Source: Dehalococcoidia bacterium | Lineage (GTDB): Bacteria; Chloroflexota; Dehalococcoidia; GIF9; AB-539-J10 | NCBI GenBank assembly: GCA_036514775.1 | Contig: DATBWO010000019.1 | Coordinates: 1 to 35,572 of the forward strand | Direction of reading: 5' to 3' | DNA: 35,572 nt | In this document: positions 35,446 to 35,572 of the stretch, piece after piece | Numbering within the stretch: position 1 is the first letter of the stretch | How the letters are laid out: every line of letters starts with the position of its first letter | The notes under the pieces: generated by a model | Told to the model about the DNA's origin: nothing | Database searches by the model: none | What the model saw: the letters and a program-made list of their open reading frames with translations, nothing else | Program-made: the position numbers and the translations under genes

Positions 35446-35572
35446 ATGGCAGAAGAAAAATTACCACCCCACGATATCGAAGCTGAGGAAGCAGTAATTG
35501 GATCTCTGCTTATTGACCCTGAGGCTGTATTGAAAGTTGCCATTTCCCTCAAGCCCGAGGATTTTTTTTCGG
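35446..35572 (+). CDS. dnaB: Replicative DNA helicase DnaB, N-terminal fragment (runs off the window)
   Basis: MAEEKLPPHDIEAEEAVIGSLLIDPEAVLKV is the canonical DnaB N-terminus, in the conserved rplI-dnaB order. Confidence 0.85.
   Translation, partial: MAEEKLPPHDIEAEEAVIGSLLIDPEAVLKVAISLKPEDFFS

Noticed and set aside
35192-35552. Minus-strand ORFs encoding poly-Leu/Phe and Ser-Pro repeats
   Set aside because: They are the reverse-complement reading of the purine-rich Lys/Glu tail of rplI, so they are artefacts of the low-complexity repeat.
1-35572. Defence island, prophage or integrative element
   Set aside because: The window has no integrase, transposase, phage structural genes, restriction-modification genes or toxin-antitoxin pairs. 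The only nuclease-like gene is the partial HNH ORF at the left edge, whose context lies outside the window.

Overview
This is a gene-dense 35.6-kb bacterial chromosomal segment. It is mostly housekeeping genes, plus two metabolic operons that converge on each other. Minus strand, from the left: an HNH-nuclease fragment, an FmdB zinc-ribbon gene, secA, prs and glyA. Plus strand next: CIRCE-controlled hrcA-grpE-dnaK, a divergent ATP-type PEP carboxykinase, a dksA/traR-like gene, lspA, rluD and rplY (ctc). Then come a consensus sigma70 promoter, a Moco-class riboswitch candidate and an intrinsic terminator. These lead a plus-strand tungstate uptake / molybdopterin-precursor operon: tupA, a Zn-ribbon micro-ORF, tupB, tupC, DUF364, moaA, moaC. 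Converging on it (12-bp 3' overlap) is a ~9-kb minus-strand operon: fused hdrCB, hdrA, nfnA, nfnB, mvhD, mvhG, mvhA and a hydrogenase maturation protease. It combines a group-3c-like [NiFe] hydrogenase, a heterodisulfide-reductase module and an NfnAB transhydrogenase, and is the most system-like and least conventional part of the window. The rest is a permease, nusB, fabD, rpmF and yceD (minus), then an M20 amidohydrolase, trxB, rplI with a long Lys/Glu tail, and the 5' end of dnaB (plus). I saw no rRNA, tRNA, CRISPR array, transposase or integrase. Other points worth a second look: two dispersed palindromic repeat families, one inserted in frame in secA and the other a TIR-bounded ~80-95 bp element whose fragments supply a stop codon and SD sequences; an in-frame relic of the hdrA 3' end directly after the hdrA stop codon; and a hexanucleotide-repeat tail on L9. 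Gene content suggests an anaerobic, non-methanogenic bacterium, possibly Chloroflexota/Dehalococcoidia-like, but that taxonomic call is only a guess. All family assignments come from reading motifs by eye. No database search was run.
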